A stretch of DNA of 63,941 nt, counting the filler, from Bonamia ostreae (Eukaryota), in NCBI GenBank assembly GCA_040357525.1. It is 6 parts of 6 records of this genome, joined end to end, with 100 filler letters (N's around TTAATTAATTAA, not from the genome) between each part and the next. Parts side by side here need not be neighbours in the genome. Positions count along the whole stretch, not along the records: positions 55,567 to 63,941 come from JBDODL010000058.1; 5 more parts are not named here. One strand, given 5' to 3'. A program made the translations under genes and the position numbers. The notes beneath the pieces were generated by a model. The model did not search any database. It saw nothing but the letters and a program-made list of their open reading frames with translations, and was not told the origin of the DNA. Numbering within the stretch: position 1 is the first letter of the stretch; every line of letters begins with the position of its first letter. Positions 63,108-63,941 of this stretch are shown here, in pieces.

Positions 63108-63941
63108 ATGGAAAGGGAGGATTTTTATCTTAATTACGGGATCACTTTTCTTGCAACAATGTTTTATCAATCACATTCTTCATGTGATTTTAAAGGGTGT
63201 TAGTTCTACTGTTCACTGGGATTTTCGTATTCATTAAAAGGAGAAAATTTTGCAAAAACAAGAAAATCATATCGAGTGAAGAGAGTGACTCAGATGATCC
63301 AAAAAACCTATCTTCTACATTGCAAAATTATCAATATCAGTCGTCTGATCACAATACAGACCAATTAAAATCTACGAGTGCGACTTACGTCAATACTTCT
63401 CCCAAAAGTGTAGTCACTTATGACATCCCCCGAAAAACCAATTCCTATGCAAGTATGGGAATAGGGAAAAACGAAGAAAATGAAAGTGCAAGGAAGGAAA
63501 GTGGAAATCAAAGTGACATTAGAGATGCAACGTATGAAACTATGTTAAACGCTAGTAGCAACCAAAGTACTAATACAGAAAATGAAAAAAGCGAAAGTGG
63601 CATCGGAAGTACAAGAAGTGAAAAAAAGAGCAGAGTTTCTATATCTGTAGAAATGGCAAATGGGTCATATGAAAATGTGAGTAACAGTGACTCTGAAAGA
63701 AACAACATGGAGACAAATGAATCGAGATCTACAACAAAACTCGATGGCGAAACTTCAGAATACAAATTACAATCTACTGGAAGCGAAAGCAGGGCATCTT
63801 TGGAGAGCACCGATAAAAGTTTATATCAAACCTAAAAAGCGTCTCCAACTGTACAAGAAAGCGTACATGAGACCACAACAGAAACTTTACTGGATACTAA
63901 GATGGGATCTTTAAGTTCTGAAAGCAGTTTTATATCGAGAG
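63108..63941 (+). CDS. Single-pass type III membrane protein with Tyr-motif-rich disordered tail (continues past window)
   Basis: 35-nt intron 63161-63195 gives MEREDFYLNYGITFLATMVLVLLFTGIFVFIKRRKFCK; 21-nt intron 63819-63839 keeps the frame open to the window end. Confidence 0.75.

Noticed and set aside
1-63941. Stop-codon reassignment suggested by fragmented ORFs
   Set aside because: In conserved genes the in-frame stops fall inside short GT-AG introns, and TAA, TAG and TGA all terminate conserved proteins

Overview
AT-rich, very compact eukaryotic (protist) genomic DNA. It is a concatenation of six unrelated ~11-kb contigs joined by artificial N-TTAATTAATTAA-N linkers. Genes are densely packed and broken by tiny GT-AG introns (18-35 nt, mostly GTTT donors), so the ORF track misses or mistranslates many of them. 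Mitochondrial genes (Rieske, COA5, small Tim, uS5m, mt-TrpRS) imply a respiring mitochondrion. The overall character fits a reduced protist parasite such as an ascetosporean/haplosporidian (inference, unverified). Housekeeping genes: eIF3m-like, PNO1, tRNA-Asp, giant SPRY/UBA E3-like gene, RNMT, RNF5-like, DPH7, ARP4, SF3A3, USP, ROK fructokinase, EF-hand protein, PSMB1, U1-C, UTP10. Top finding: the apparently non-coding 8.0-11.2 kb region hides two paralogous micro-exon genes. Each has an N-terminal hydrophobic segment followed by a string of 15-30-nt symmetric phase-1 exons, an architecture like schistosome MEGs. Other candidate host-interaction genes: a LAT/PAG-like transmembrane protein carrying SH2-type Tyr motifs, a death-domain-like protein, a polyproline/WH2-like protein, a kringle-PAN-Cys-repeat secreted protein, an ADAM-like M12B protease and an HNH toxin-like domain protein.
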